A program made the translations under genes and the position numbers. From contig MNVD01000022.1 in assembly GCA_001871445.1 (NCBI GenBank), positions 1 through 46,383 of the forward strand: 46,383 nucleotides of DNA, given 5' to 3'. Shown one piece after another: positions 7,906-17,228 of the stretch (positions within the stretch are counted from its first letter, which is position 1; each line of letters opens with the position of its first letter). The notes under the pieces are model-generated. The model was not told where the DNA came from and ran no database searches. It saw only the letters and a program-made list of their open reading frames with translations. This DNA comes from Candidatus Magasanikbacteria bacterium CG1_02_41_34. GTDB taxonomy: Bacteria; Patescibacteriota; Patescibacteriia; Magasanikbacterales; UBA922.

Positions 7906-9867
7906 ATGCCTGTCATGAAAAACTTTCACCACACAATGCATGCATCGCAGCAACGAAAGCACGGCTTCAGTCTCCTTGAGATTGTGGTGGCTGTTGGTAT
8001 TTTTGCCATCTTTGTCATTGGAATTTATTCTGGTATCCAGTTTGTGTTCAAACTTGTGTACAATTCTCGAGTACGTATCATCGAAACGTCACTCCTCAAT
8101 GAACAAATTGAGGGTATTCGGAATATGTCATTTTATGATGTGGGTATTGTGAATGGAAGTCCTTCTGGTTTGCTCGAGCGTACTGTCACGACAACACGTA
8201 ATAATATTGATTTTGAAATCACGAGAACTATTCGAAATATTGATGATCCGTTTGATGGTGTTATTGATCCTGGTGGAGGAAGCAGTGGTGGAGAGTGTCA
8301 ACAATCACAAACTGAATTGTGTCACGACGGGAGCACCCTCTGTGTGGGGCAAAATGCTGTGCAAGGGCATTTGAATCATGGTGATACAGAAGGTGCATGT
8401 GGTGCAGATGACCCTGTTTTTGACAATCAACCATCAGATTACAAGTTCGTAGATGTAGAGATTCTATGTACATCGTGCAACCAGCAAGTGCCAGTATCGA
8501 TGTCTACATACCTTGCTCCAAAATTTTTGGAAGGTGATCCTACGCATGGTGCTTTATTTATTCATGTTATAAATGCAAGCGGACAGATAGTACAAGGAGC
8601 GACAGTTCATGTTGTTTCAACAATAACAAATCCAACATATAATTTTTATGACACCACAGATAATGATGGTAAACTTGCCGTGGTAGATCTTGCTGCCGGT
8701 ATCGCAGCCTATGATATTACCGTGACAAAAAATGGATATACCACAGATCAAACAGTATCCTCAACGGTGTCAAATCCAAATCCTACAAAACCATTTGGTA
8801 CGGTTATCGCACAAGATCTGACTGAACTTTATTTTACGATTGATGCCATTTCTGAAATGAGTGTACAAACACTCAATGCTTATTGTACTCCGATTGGATC
8901 GACAGGTATATCCCTTGTAGGGACAAAAAAAATAGGAACATCTCCAGATGTTCTCCTGACCGATCTTAGTGTCACAACAAATGGAAGTGGACAATATACC
9001 TTTAGTGATCTGGTGTGGGATACGTATCAGTTTGATGTATCTGGCTATGATATTATAGGATCTATTCCAAATGAACGTATTGATTTACTTCCTGGTGTAA
9101 CACAACCAGTGAGTCTTATCCTGGGTTCTGTATCTACCAATGCACTTCGTGTTGATGTGGTCGACAGCGTGACGGGGCAGCCAATTGCGGATGCAACTGT
9201 TCTTGTTACTTCGACGAGCTTTAGTCAAGAAAAAATTACCGGCGTTGGAACTGTTGGTCAGACCGATTGGTTTGGTGGGTCTGGTCAGGAAACAATTGGT
9301 GATGATGCACGATTTTTTGATGATGATAGTAATGTTGATGTACTTACTTCTGCAGGAAATATTACGTTGCGTGATATGTTGGGACAGTATGCAGCGAGTG
9401 GTTGGCTTGAATCGTCAACGTTTGATCTTGGTCTCAATGCTACATATCAAAATATTATTTGGGAGCCACTCAGTCAGCCAAGTGAAACAGGACTGAATTC
9501 GGTTCGTTTTCAAATTGCTACTGCAAATTCGACTTCTCCTAGCTCATGGAGTTACCTTGGGCCAGATGGTACGACTGGGTCATATTATACTACCATTGAT
9601 ACTGTTATTTCAGACGCCCACGATGGTGATAGATATATACGCTATATGGCATATATGAGTACGGCGTCGACAACATATACTCCAACTCTCTCAAACGTGT
9701 CATTCACCTATACAAATAGTTGCACACCACCAGGGCAGACATACTTTGGTGGATTATCTGCAACAGACTATACCGTAACGGTGAGTGCTACAGGATACGA
9801 ATCAGAGAGTAGTAATGTGACTGTTGGCGGATATACGAAATTAACGGTGTCATTGCAAGGATCATAA
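7906..9867 (+). CDS. Type IV prepilin-like protein with long beta-sandwich (carboxypeptidase-regulatory-like) C-terminal domains
   Basis: Prepilin site KHG|FSLLEIVVAVGIF; T/S-rich beta repeats such as TTDNDG, YDITVTKNGY and YTVTVSATGY. Exact start uncertain (7906, 7915 or 7936). Confidence 0.85.
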   Translation: MPVMKNFHHTMHASQQRKHGFSLLEIVVAVGIFAIFVIGIYSGIQFVFKLVYNSRVRIIETSLLNEQIEGIRNMSFYDVGIVNGSPSGLLERTVTTTRNNIDFEITRTIRNIDDPFDGVIDPGGGSSGGECQQSQTELCHDGSTLCVGQNAVQGHLNHGDTEGACGADDPVFDNQPSDYKFVDVEILCTSCNQQVPVSMSTYLAPKFLEGDPTHGALFIHVINASGQIVQGATVHVVSTITNPTYNFYDTTDNDGKLAVVDLAAGIAAYDITVTKNGYTTDQTVSSTVSNPNPTKPFGTVIAQDLTELYFTIDAISEMSVQTLNAYCTPIGSTGISLVGTKKIGTSPDVLLTDLSVTTNGSGQYTFSDLVWDTYQFDVSGYDIIGSIPNERIDLLPGVTQPVSLILGSVSTNALRVDVVDSVTGQPIADATVLVTSTSFSQEKITGVGTVGQTDWFGGSGQETIGDDARFFDDDSNVDVLTSAGNITLRDMLGQYAASGWLESSTFDLGLNATYQNIIWEPLSQPSETGLNSVRFQIATANSTSPSSWSYLGPDGTTGSYYTTIDTVISDAHDGDRYIRYMAYMSTASTTYTPTLSNVSFTYTNSCTPPGQTYFGGLSATDYTVTVSATGYESESSNVTVGGYTKLTVSLQGS

Positions 9868-9868
9868 T

Positions 9869-10483
9869 ATGCATATTGAAATATTTTCAAAAAAAGGATT
9901 TACGCTTATGGAAGTTATGGTCGCCATCGGTATGTTTGCTATTATTTCTGTTGCCGTGGGATGGATTTTGATTCACAGTGTCAGATCAACAGATATTATT
10001 TGGGAGCAACTCGCCACGCAAAATGATGGGCGAGCAGCAGTGCAGCAATTTGTCGATGATGTCCGTCGTGCCGAAACTTCAAGTATAGGGAGTTATCCTA
10101 TATCTGATGCATCAAGTACATCCTTTGTTTTTTATGCAAATGTAGATAATGATAATAGTAGAGAAAAAGTACGTTTTTGGATTGATGGGACGGATTTGAA
10201 AAAAGGTGTGATCCAGCCAAGTGGGAATCCATTGAATTATGATGGAGAAGAATCCGTTATTACGATTGCAGAGTCAGTTGTAAATATTGCAAAAGGTATT
10301 GCACTTTTTGAATATTACGATAATACATATCCCGTTACATCAACACCACTGACAGTGCCTGATGCCCTGACGGATATTCGTATCATTCGTATGCAGCTAG
10401 AGCTAGAAAAAGATCCAACTGCGACACCAGTACCATTGCATGTAGAAGCGGTGGTGAATATACGAAATTTGAAAGATAACTAG
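9869..10483 (+). CDS. Type IV minor pilin (PilW/PulJ-like)
   Basis: KKG|FTLMEVMVAIGMF N-terminal methylation motif; ends VNIRNLKDN. Confidence 0.88.
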   Translation: MHIEIFSKKGFTLMEVMVAIGMFAIISVAVGWILIHSVRSTDIIWEQLATQNDGRAAVQQFVDDVRRAETSSIGSYPISDASSTSFVFYANVDNDNSREKVRFWIDGTDLKKGVIQPSGNPLNYDGEESVITIAESVVNIAKGIALFEYYDNTYPVTSTPLTVPDALTDIRIIRMQLELEKDPTATPVPLHVEAVVNIRNLKDN

Positions 10484-10484
10484 T

Positions 10485-10510
10485 CATGTTACGTGTTGTA
10501 TGTTTTTTGT
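10485..10510 (-). repeat. Short reverse heptamer array (TAGCACG family)
   Basis: CATGTTA CGTGTTG TATGTTT fills the spacer between stop 10483 and ATG 10511. Confidence 0.55.
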
Positions 10511-11902
10511 ATGAAGCTATTTCCACTGCACAACACAAAAAAGTTTTTGCATGATAAACGAGGTAACTTGTTATTATTTGTCATGATCTTTGGGTCGCTT
10601 GCATTCACTATGATTGTCATGGGCGTATCAAGTTATGCCTTATTTGAAAATCAAGCATCGAATAGAAAACAGTCTCGTGATTTGTCTTTTCATATTGCAG
10701 AAGCTGGTATCAATTATTATCGTTGGCATCTCGCACATAGCCCTGAAGATTATCAAGATGGAACAGGTGTAGCAGGACCGTATGTACACGCATTTGAAGA
10801 TAAAAATGGCGATGTCATTGGATATTTTTCTCTTGATATAGACGCACCACTCGCCGGTACTACGATTGTAAATTTTCGTTCCACAGGTTGGACTATCGCG
10901 CAACCACAAAATACGAGAACTATTGGTGTTCGTGTCGGATATCCTGCACTCACAGATTTTTCTTTTGTGGAAAATTCTGACATGAGTTTTAGTTATACGA
11001 CAGAAGTGCATGGAAAGATCCATTCAAATGGCGGAATAGAATTTAATGGGACCACCGATTCTATTTTGCAAAGTGCAAAAGAAATCTATGATCCTGTTGG
11101 TGGTCCAGTAAATAGTCCTGGTATCTGGGGAAATGGTGGACCAACCACATTTTGGGATTTCCCTGTGCCCCCAAAGGATTTCAATGCTATTACTACTGAT
11201 TTGGCTGGTATTCGTGATGCATCAGATGCTGGAGGCTTGCATTTTTATTCGTCTGGATCAGAAGGATACCATATGATTTTTCAGGCAGATGGAACATTCA
11301 AACTATACACCGTGACAAAACGTCAAAAATATACAGATTATTGCAAAACTGTATACAATGGATATTGTTATTCTGGAAATGTGTATTATGACATTCAAAA
11401 TGAAACATATGATGCGACGTATACAATACCCGCAAATGGTGCCATTTTTGTAGAAGATGATATCTGGGTAGAAGGAGTGGTCAATGGACATGTGTCCGTA
11501 GGTGCTGGGAGATTTCCTGTGCTTGAAAGTACGTATCAAGAAATTTATCCGATAGGAAATATTACACTCCTCGCAAAAGAATCTACCAATGTGATAGGAC
11601 TGATTGCACAGGGGGATATTGTATATCCATACAATGTTCCAAATGATATGGTTGTGGAGGCTGCATTGCTTTCTCAATTCAAAAAAATTTATAGACCATA
11701 TTTTTCAAACACAAAGAATTCTCTTACTATTTTCGGATCACAAATTTCCTATGCTGGTGGCGGTGTCAAATGGGGGAATCCTGTCGTGAGTGGATTTATC
11801 AATACCATATATATTTATGATGGAAATCTTCGGTATCTTGTGCCACCTGGTTTTCCAGTTGAGCCGACGTATGAGTTGATTTCTTGGGAAGAAATAGAGT
11901 AA
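10511..11902 (+). CDS. PilX-like minor pilin
   Basis: KRG|NLLLFVMIF lacking Glu5, followed by SFHIAEAGINY (PilX N-terminal pattern); ends ISWEEIE. Start taken at MKLFP. Confidence 0.8.
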   Translation: MKLFPLHNTKKFLHDKRGNLLLFVMIFGSLAFTMIVMGVSSYALFENQASNRKQSRDLSFHIAEAGINYYRWHLAHSPEDYQDGTGVAGPYVHAFEDKNGDVIGYFSLDIDAPLAGTTIVNFRSTGWTIAQPQNTRTIGVRVGYPALTDFSFVENSDMSFSYTTEVHGKIHSNGGIEFNGTTDSILQSAKEIYDPVGGPVNSPGIWGNGGPTTFWDFPVPPKDFNAITTDLAGIRDASDAGGLHFYSSGSEGYHMIFQADGTFKLYTVTKRQKYTDYCKTVYNGYCYSGNVYYDIQNETYDATYTIPANGAIFVEDDIWVEGVVNGHVSVGAGRFPVLESTYQEIYPIGNITLLAKESTNVIGLIAQGDIVYPYNVPNDMVVEAALLSQFKKIYRPYFSNTKNSLTIFGSQISYAGGGVKWGNPVVSGFINTIYIYDGNLRYLVPPGFPVEPTYELISWEEIE

Positions 11903-11970
11903 CAAAAAAACTAAAAAACGTTTGCGTAGTCCAGCATGTCTCTGCCCCAAGTTCTATATCTGACAAAATA

Positions 11971-11999
11971 TGGCAAATCACACAACACTTTGCTATACT
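11971..11999 (+). promoter_or_regulatory. Sigma70-type promoter for galU
   Basis: TGGCAA-17 nt-TATACT with extended TG. Confidence 0.55.
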
Positions 12000-12024
12000 A
12001 CAAATAACCTAAATACACGAAGTT

Positions 12025-12897
12025 ATGTCAAAAAAACCACAGGTACGAAAAGGAGTGATTATTGTTGCAGGGCTTGGAACCCGTTTTCTTCCTGCCACAA
12101 AGGCGATGCCAAAAGAAATGCTTCCTATACTCGATAAGCCTGTCGTGCAATATATTGTCGAAGAAATGGTCGCGAGTGGGATCAGAGAAATTATTTTTGT
12201 TACGAGTTGGAACAAACGTTCTATCGAGGATCATTTTGATAGAAATCATGATCAAGAGTTTTTTCTCAAAGAACGTGGCAAGTATGATCGCATCGAAGCC
12301 CTCGTAGAACTTACCAAAAAAGTACAGTTTTTTTATACTCGACAATCTTCCCCAAAGGGGAATGGTGACGCCCTCCTCTGTGCAAAAGAATTTGTGGGCG
12401 ATGAGCCATTTGCATTTTCGGATGGTGATAGTGTAATTGATGCTAAAGTACCGGTTATTAAGCAACTGTTGAAAGTGTTTGATAAAAAGCAGGCATCTGT
12501 GATCGGTGCACAGCGACTCACTGATAAAGAAGCCATGACAAAATATGGCAATATCTATGGCAAACCTACTGGTGAAGATCGTATCTATCGAGTATCAAAA
12601 TTTGAAGAAAAACCTGACATTGAACATGTGTCCCCAGAAGGATTGATTGTTGGTGGCATGCGATATATTTTTACAAAAGATATCTGGCCATTTCTAGAAA
12701 AAGTTCGAAAAGGGAAAGATGGTGAACTTTGGGTAGCCGACGCTGCACACGCACTCGCACAAAAGAAAAAGTTTTTTGCCTACGAATACAATGGTCAGTA
12801 TTTTGATACTGGTGACAAACTGTCTCTCCTCAAAGCAACCCTTCATTTTGCGATGAAAGATGATGAAATACGAGAAGAACTTGGTGCATTTTTGTAA
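12025..12897 (+). CDS. galU: UTP--glucose-1-phosphate uridylyltransferase
   Basis: AGLGTRFLPATKAMPKEMLPI.DKP, SIEDHFD, FEEKP and DTGDK motifs. Confidence 0.92.
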   Translation: MSKKPQVRKGVIIVAGLGTRFLPATKAMPKEMLPILDKPVVQYIVEEMVASGIREIIFVTSWNKRSIEDHFDRNHDQEFFLKERGKYDRIEALVELTKKVQFFYTRQSSPKGNGDALLCAKEFVGDEPFAFSDGDSVIDAKVPVIKQLLKVFDKKQASVIGAQRLTDKEAMTKYGNIYGKPTGEDRIYRVSKFEEKPDIEHVSPEGLIVGGMRYIFTKDIWPFLEKVRKGKDGELWVADAAHALAQKKKFFAYEYNGQYFDTGDKLSLLKATLHFAMKDDEIREELGAFL

Positions 12898-12904
12898 TAG
12901 CTCT

Positions 12905-13777
12905 ATGGAAAACTGGTCCTGTCAATCAAAAAAAATATATTCATTTCAGAAAGTTTATTTTTTGGTTGTTGGATTCCTCTTTGCATGTTTTGCACTGCCT
13001 GGTATTGCTCATGCCGCAGTACTGGATTGGAATTGTGATCCGGGAAAAGAAATATGCTATATATTTCCTACTGCAGATGCAACAGAAAAGTCTGAGGAGT
13101 GTTTTGATAAAGCTGTCTCCAAGGCGTGGGGAACGCAAGATGCTCTACAAGAGGGGGAATTACTTCATTTTGAAATACCGATAGAAAATACTGGTGCAGT
13201 ACCACCTGTGTTTGCATGTTCAAATTGTGGCACTGAGGGATCGGTTTATAGATTTTATACTGAAGATAATACGGGGATTTTTGAAATAAATTTGGAGCAA
13301 AAAATTCTTAGAGATACACGAGCTGCAGTAGGGACAAGTCCGTATTATTACGCCAGATTTTTGTTGTCTGCGACAGTAACCAATACTGTCGCTGGAGTTG
13401 AAACTTCTGAAACGATATATGCAAATCTTTGTGCTGTGGTAAAAAAACCCGCACAAGTTGCTCCGCCAACTCAGCCGACAACAAAAGCACCTGTTGTTGA
13501 CGTAAAGTCTACCTTTCCTTCTATTACAGATTTGAACCCACTGAGGGCCACGTCTGTTCCGACCCTTTTTGGTCGTGGTATAACTATTTTGCTTGGTGTA
13601 CTTGGGAGTATTGCTATTCTCATTTTTATCTATGGTGGTATGCTCTGGATGACATCAATGGGGAATGCAGACCAAGCAGGAAAAGCATTGAAGACGATTG
13701 TCTGGGGAGCTATGGGCGTATTTGTTATATTTGCAAGTTATGCGGTTGTACAGTTTGTGCTGGATGCATTTAAATAG
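12905..13777 (+). CDS. VirB2/TrbC-like pilin-domain protein with N-terminal extracellular domain
   Basis: Signal peptide (..IAHA) and C-terminal IYGGMLWMTSMGNADQAGKALKTIVWGAMG two-TM hairpin. Confidence 0.8.
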   Translation: MENWSCQSKKIYSFQKVYFLVVGFLFACFALPGIAHAAVLDWNCDPGKEICYIFPTADATEKSEECFDKAVSKAWGTQDALQEGELLHFEIPIENTGAVPPVFACSNCGTEGSVYRFYTEDNTGIFEINLEQKILRDTRAAVGTSPYYYARFLLSATVTNTVAGVETSETIYANLCAVVKKPAQVAPPTQPTTKAPVVDVKSTFPSITDLNPLRATSVPTLFGRGITILLGVLGSIAILIFIYGGMLWMTSMGNADQAGKALKTIVWGAMGVFVIFASYAVVQFVLDAFK

Positions 13778-13816
13778 CACGTAACACATAGCACGTAGCA
13801 CGTAGCACGTAACACA
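13775..13816 (+). repeat. Tandem heptamer array, 6 units
   Basis: TAGCACG TAACACA TAGCACG TAGCACG TAGCACG TAACACA. The first TAG is the pilin stop codon. Confidence 0.95.
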
Positions 13817-13823
13817 TTTTTGC

Positions 13824-13898
13824 ATGATGAATACGAGAAATGCATTTCATGATAAACTAAAGAAGTTGATACAATTTCACGTAACACATATCACGTAG
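13824..13898 (+). pseudogene. Truncated 5' remnant of a four-helix-bundle gene
   Basis: MMNTRNAFHDKLKKLIQ versus MGEGFHEKLKRLIH of the downstream gene; 23/29 nt identical; runs into the repeat array and stops. Confidence 0.75.
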
Positions 13899-13944
13899 CA
13901 CATAGCACGTAACATGTAGCACGTAGCATGTAACATATAACAAA
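13875..13944 (+). repeat. Tandem heptamer array, 10 units
   Basis: TTTCACG TAACACA TATCACG TAGCACA TAGCACG TAACATG TAGCACG TAGCATG TAACATA TAACAAA. Confidence 0.95.
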
Positions 13945-13947
13945 AAT

Positions 13948-14313
13948 ATGGGGGAGGGGTTTCATGAAAAGTTAAAAAGGTTGATTCATGAATATATACG
14001 TTTGAGCTATGTTCATACCAAAAAGTATCCAGCAGATGAGAGGTTTGGACTTACATCACAAGATAGAAGAGCCGCTGTATCAGTGATGTCAAATTATGTA
14101 GAAGGGCACGGAAGAATAAAGATTGGATCCAAACAGAATTTTTATGAAATATCATTTGCATCACTAAAAGAATCCATTTATTGTAGATTTTTAGCACAAG
14201 AGCTTTTGTATATAACGAAAGAGGAATACACAAAAGCGTTTGCTCTAAAAGACGAGATAGCGGCCATGCTGTATACTACGATTAAGGGATTAGAAAAAGA
14301 CAAAAGTACATAG
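13948..14313 (+). CDS. Four-helix-bundle protein (23S rRNA IVP / bAvd-like family)
   Basis: TKKYPADERFGLTSQDRRAAVSVMSNYVEGHGR...FYEISFASLKE matches the family pattern FP..E.YGL.SQ.RRAA.S...NIAEG. Confidence 0.92.
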   Translation: MGEGFHEKLKRLIHEYIRLSYVHTKKYPADERFGLTSQDRRAAVSVMSNYVEGHGRIKIGSKQNFYEISFASLKESIYCRFLAQELLYITKEEYTKAFALKDEIAAMLYTTIKGLEKDKST

Positions 14314-14416
14314 AACACATAACACGAAACACATAACAACACGAAACACATATCACGTAGCACGTAACACGGTGCCACAAGAAGTGTTATGTGTTATGTG
14401 TTACGTGCTACGTGAA
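14313..14416. repeat. Forward plus reverse heptamer arrays forming a hairpin
   Basis: Forward array 14313-14371 and reverse array 14384-14416. Perfect 18-bp inverted repeat TCACGTAGCACGTAACAC (14353-14370) / GTGTTACGTGCTACGTGA (14398-14415). Confidence 0.93.
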
Positions 14417-14422
14417 TATCCT

Positions 14423-15802
14423 ATGAGAACGAAATACCTCACAATACTTCTTACCATGCTTAGCATAACCGCCCTGGCTGGTTTCGGTTGCAAAGGACTT
14501 TCTCAAACAGAGCAAGCATCTATCAAACCAATCACGCTGACATACTGGACAGTCTTCGATGATGTTGGACAGCTCCAAAAATTTGCAGCAGCCTACAAGA
14601 AAACACGTCCATACGTGACAGTAAATATCCGACAGATTCGCTACGAAGAATTTGATGATTTGTTTACCAATGCGCTGGCAGATGATATCGGGCCAGATGT
14701 TGTGTCCATGCATGTGCGCTGGCTTGGCAAGTATGAGGCACGTCTCGATCCGATGCCTGCGTCCGTCAATGTATCTGATGTAGAGATCACTGGTAGTCAA
14801 TTTTCAGAGCAGATCATCGTCACGCCACGAACCAATCCTATGCCAAGTATTCGTGGGCTTGAGTCCAATTTTATTGGGACAGTGGCGAGTGATGTGGTCA
14901 TCCGAAATCAGATCTATGGTCTTCCACTTGCACTTGATACACTCGCATTATATTACAATAAAAAAATTCTCGATAAAGCTGGTATCGCAGAGCCACCAAC
15001 ATCGTGGACAACGTTTCTCGATGATGTAAAAAAAATTACACGTGTAAATGGAGTAGGAGATATTATTCAGTCTGGTGTACCGATGGGGACAGGGAATAAT
15101 ATCGACAATGCTACAGATATTTTTGCACTGCTTCTCTTGCAAAATGGGGTGGATGTGGTCAAAGATGGTACTGTTGTATTTGCTGGTGGCATAGACCGAG
15201 CAGCGTCAAATCATCCGACACTCGAGGCATTACGATTTTATACTGATTTTGCCCGTCCGACAAAAGAAGTCTATAGTTGGAATGAAAAACAAACAGATGC
15301 ATTTACCGCCTTTACGCAAGGAAGAGCGGGATTTTTCTTTGGCTTTGCATACGATTTTCCTCGCATAAAAAGTCGTGCCCCACAGCTCGCTATTGAAGTG
15401 ATCCCTGTGCCTCAGCTCAATGACAATGCACCGGTAAATGTAGCAAATTATTGGGTGGAGAGTGTTGTAAAGAAAACAAAGCATCGAGACGAAGCGTGGG
15501 ATTTTATCCGTTTTATGACGACGCCTGAGAATATCAAAATATATACAGACGCGACAAAGCAGCCGTCGCCGCTCAGGGCGCATGTCGCTGCGCAGCAAGA
15601 AGATCCGGAGCTTGGTCCGTTTGTGCAGGGTATCCTTACGGCGAAAAACTGGTATACTGGGAGAGATATAGATAAAGCAAATATTGCGATTGAAAACCTT
15701 ATGTTGCAGTATCTTTTGCCGTATGCAGATGGGCAAAATGCATTGAAAAGAGATGCCCAGCTTATCATTAATGCTGCGACAATAGTACAGCAAACGTTGT
15801 AG
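14423..15802 (+). CDS. Extracellular solute-binding lipoprotein (family 1, sugar-binding-like)
   Basis: Lipoprotein-like signal ..ALAGFGC; GPDV, IYGLPL..DTLALYYNK, PPTSW and AWDFIRF motifs. Upstream GTG extension is only repeat sequence. Confidence 0.88.
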   Translation: MRTKYLTILLTMLSITALAGFGCKGLSQTEQASIKPITLTYWTVFDDVGQLQKFAAAYKKTRPYVTVNIRQIRYEEFDDLFTNALADDIGPDVVSMHVRWLGKYEARLDPMPASVNVSDVEITGSQFSEQIIVTPRTNPMPSIRGLESNFIGTVASDVVIRNQIYGLPLALDTLALYYNKKILDKAGIAEPPTSWTTFLDDVKKITRVNGVGDIIQSGVPMGTGNNIDNATDIFALLLLQNGVDVVKDGTVVFAGGIDRAASNHPTLEALRFYTDFARPTKEVYSWNEKQTDAFTAFTQGRAGFFFGFAYDFPRIKSRAPQLAIEVIPVPQLNDNAPVNVANYWVESVVKKTKHRDEAWDFIRFMTTPENIKIYTDATKQPSPLRAHVAAQQEDPELGPFVQGILTAKNWYTGRDIDKANIAIENLMLQYLLPYADGQNALKRDAQLIINAATIVQQTL

Positions 15803-15805
15803 AAT

Positions 15806-17224
15806 ATGAGAATATCGAATTTATCAATAAATAAAAGTAGATTACTTTGGGTAAGTATATTAGGATTTTTTTTGTTTTTTCCCTCTGATGATGCTCGAGC
15901 TTTGGCAAGCATTCCAACGACCTGTAAAAATATCCCAGGACAAAGTTCTGATGTACAAATAGGGCATTATTTTGCTTTTATCAATCAACCAATTACACTT
16001 CAAGAAAGAGAACAATTTTTAAATACAGATGGTGCAGATATTCCACCTATAAAATATGTAGATAGTTTTGATTGTATATACAAAGCTAATACATCAGGAT
16101 ATATAACTTTTGCTGATCTATTGAGCTCACATTTAATACCAATGGATTGGCAACAAAATCACCCAAATTTTTTAACAAATTATTATTGGCCTGAGTTGAG
16201 AACGGGCAAGTATGGTGTTAATGATCCTGATCATCAGTTTGAGTTATTGTTATCTACTTATTTTAATATCAAACCTCCTGTTGCCCCTGCAGCTGGAGTC
16301 AATGATGCCATCAAAGCTCGGATTTTTTATACTATTAGAGATGGTAATCAAGAGAAAGGATATTTATTTTTTCTTGGAGATACAGAACACCAAGTAGCTA
16401 TTTCTCTTGGAACATGGAGTGGTAAAGTGATAACCATCTCAAAAGGAGAAAAAAAGACTTTTAAGGTGGAACTAACTACGGATGTTACCGGAGTAAAAAT
16501 TACGTGTGAAAATTGTGCTGATCAGGCTATTATTATTTCACCTTCATCAGAAAACACTCCGAATGTTGTTCTTTTAACATTGGATGAAACAAAAATAAAA
16601 ACTCCTTTGATCATTCTAAAAGCTCAAAAAGGAGCTTTTGTTGACCAATATTCTTTAACCGTGAATATAGTCGATGTTGAATGCAGCGCTCTCTCTGAAG
16701 GAGAATGTGCAACAAATAGCTTTTGTTTCTCTTTTGAGAAAGAATGTATTGCTAAAACAAGAAATATCGAATGTGTGAAAGTCCCAAAAGCTCTTTGTGG
16801 TACAAAAGAAGGGTCTTCATATTGTACATATCTCGAAGCAACAAATACGTGTACAGACTATCTCAGTAGTGCATATCAAAGTTCGTATAAACCACCCAAC
16901 GCAGGTGATTACAAAGGGCCGCTCCCTCCTTGTGCGTTTGATGGAAGCTGTCGGAATGTCAATGATCTCATCCAACTGTTTATCAATTTTGGAAAGATGA
17001 CACTTGGAATTGTTGGTTCTGCTGCATTGATATTTTTTGTATACGGTGGTTTCATGATGATCATTTCTGCTGGAAATGCGGAGCGTGTGAAAAAGGGAAG
17101 GGATATTCTCGTTGCAGCAATTGTCGGCATTGTGATCGCATTTAGTGCGTATGCCCTTATCAACTTTGTCCTCGATGCACTGAACGTATCGGAGGATTTT
17201 CGTGTGATTGAAGAAATCAAATAA
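15806..17224 (+). CDS. Large VirB2-like pilin-domain protein with Cys-rich region
   Basis: Signal peptide, Cys-rich stretch, C-terminal FVYGGFMMIISAGNAERVKKGRDILVAAIVG. Confidence 0.8.
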   Translation: MRISNLSINKSRLLWVSILGFFLFFPSDDARALASIPTTCKNIPGQSSDVQIGHYFAFINQPITLQEREQFLNTDGADIPPIKYVDSFDCIYKANTSGYITFADLLSSHLIPMDWQQNHPNFLTNYYWPELRTGKYGVNDPDHQFELLLSTYFNIKPPVAPAAGVNDAIKARIFYTIRDGNQEKGYLFFLGDTEHQVAISLGTWSGKVITISKGEKKTFKVELTTDVTGVKITCENCADQAIIISPSSENTPNVVLLTLDETKIKTPLIILKAQKGAFVDQYSLTVNIVDVECSALSEGECATNSFCFSFEKECIAKTRNIECVKVPKALCGTKEGSSYCTYLEATNTCTDYLSSAYQSSYKPPNAGDYKGPLPPCAFDGSCRNVNDLIQLFINFGKMTLGIVGSAALIFFVYGGFMMIISAGNAERVKKGRDILVAAIVGIVIAFSAYALINFVLDALNVSEDFRVIEEIK

Positions 17225-17228
17225 TATA

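Noticed and set aside
13948-14313. 23S rRNA intervening sequence
   Set aside because: The protein family fits, but the flanks are protein-coding genes and no rRNA sequence is present.
13775-14416. CRISPR array or DGR
   Set aside because: Repeats are contiguous 7-mers with no unique spacers. No cas gene, reverse transcriptase or TR/VR pair with adenine-specific mismatches was seen.
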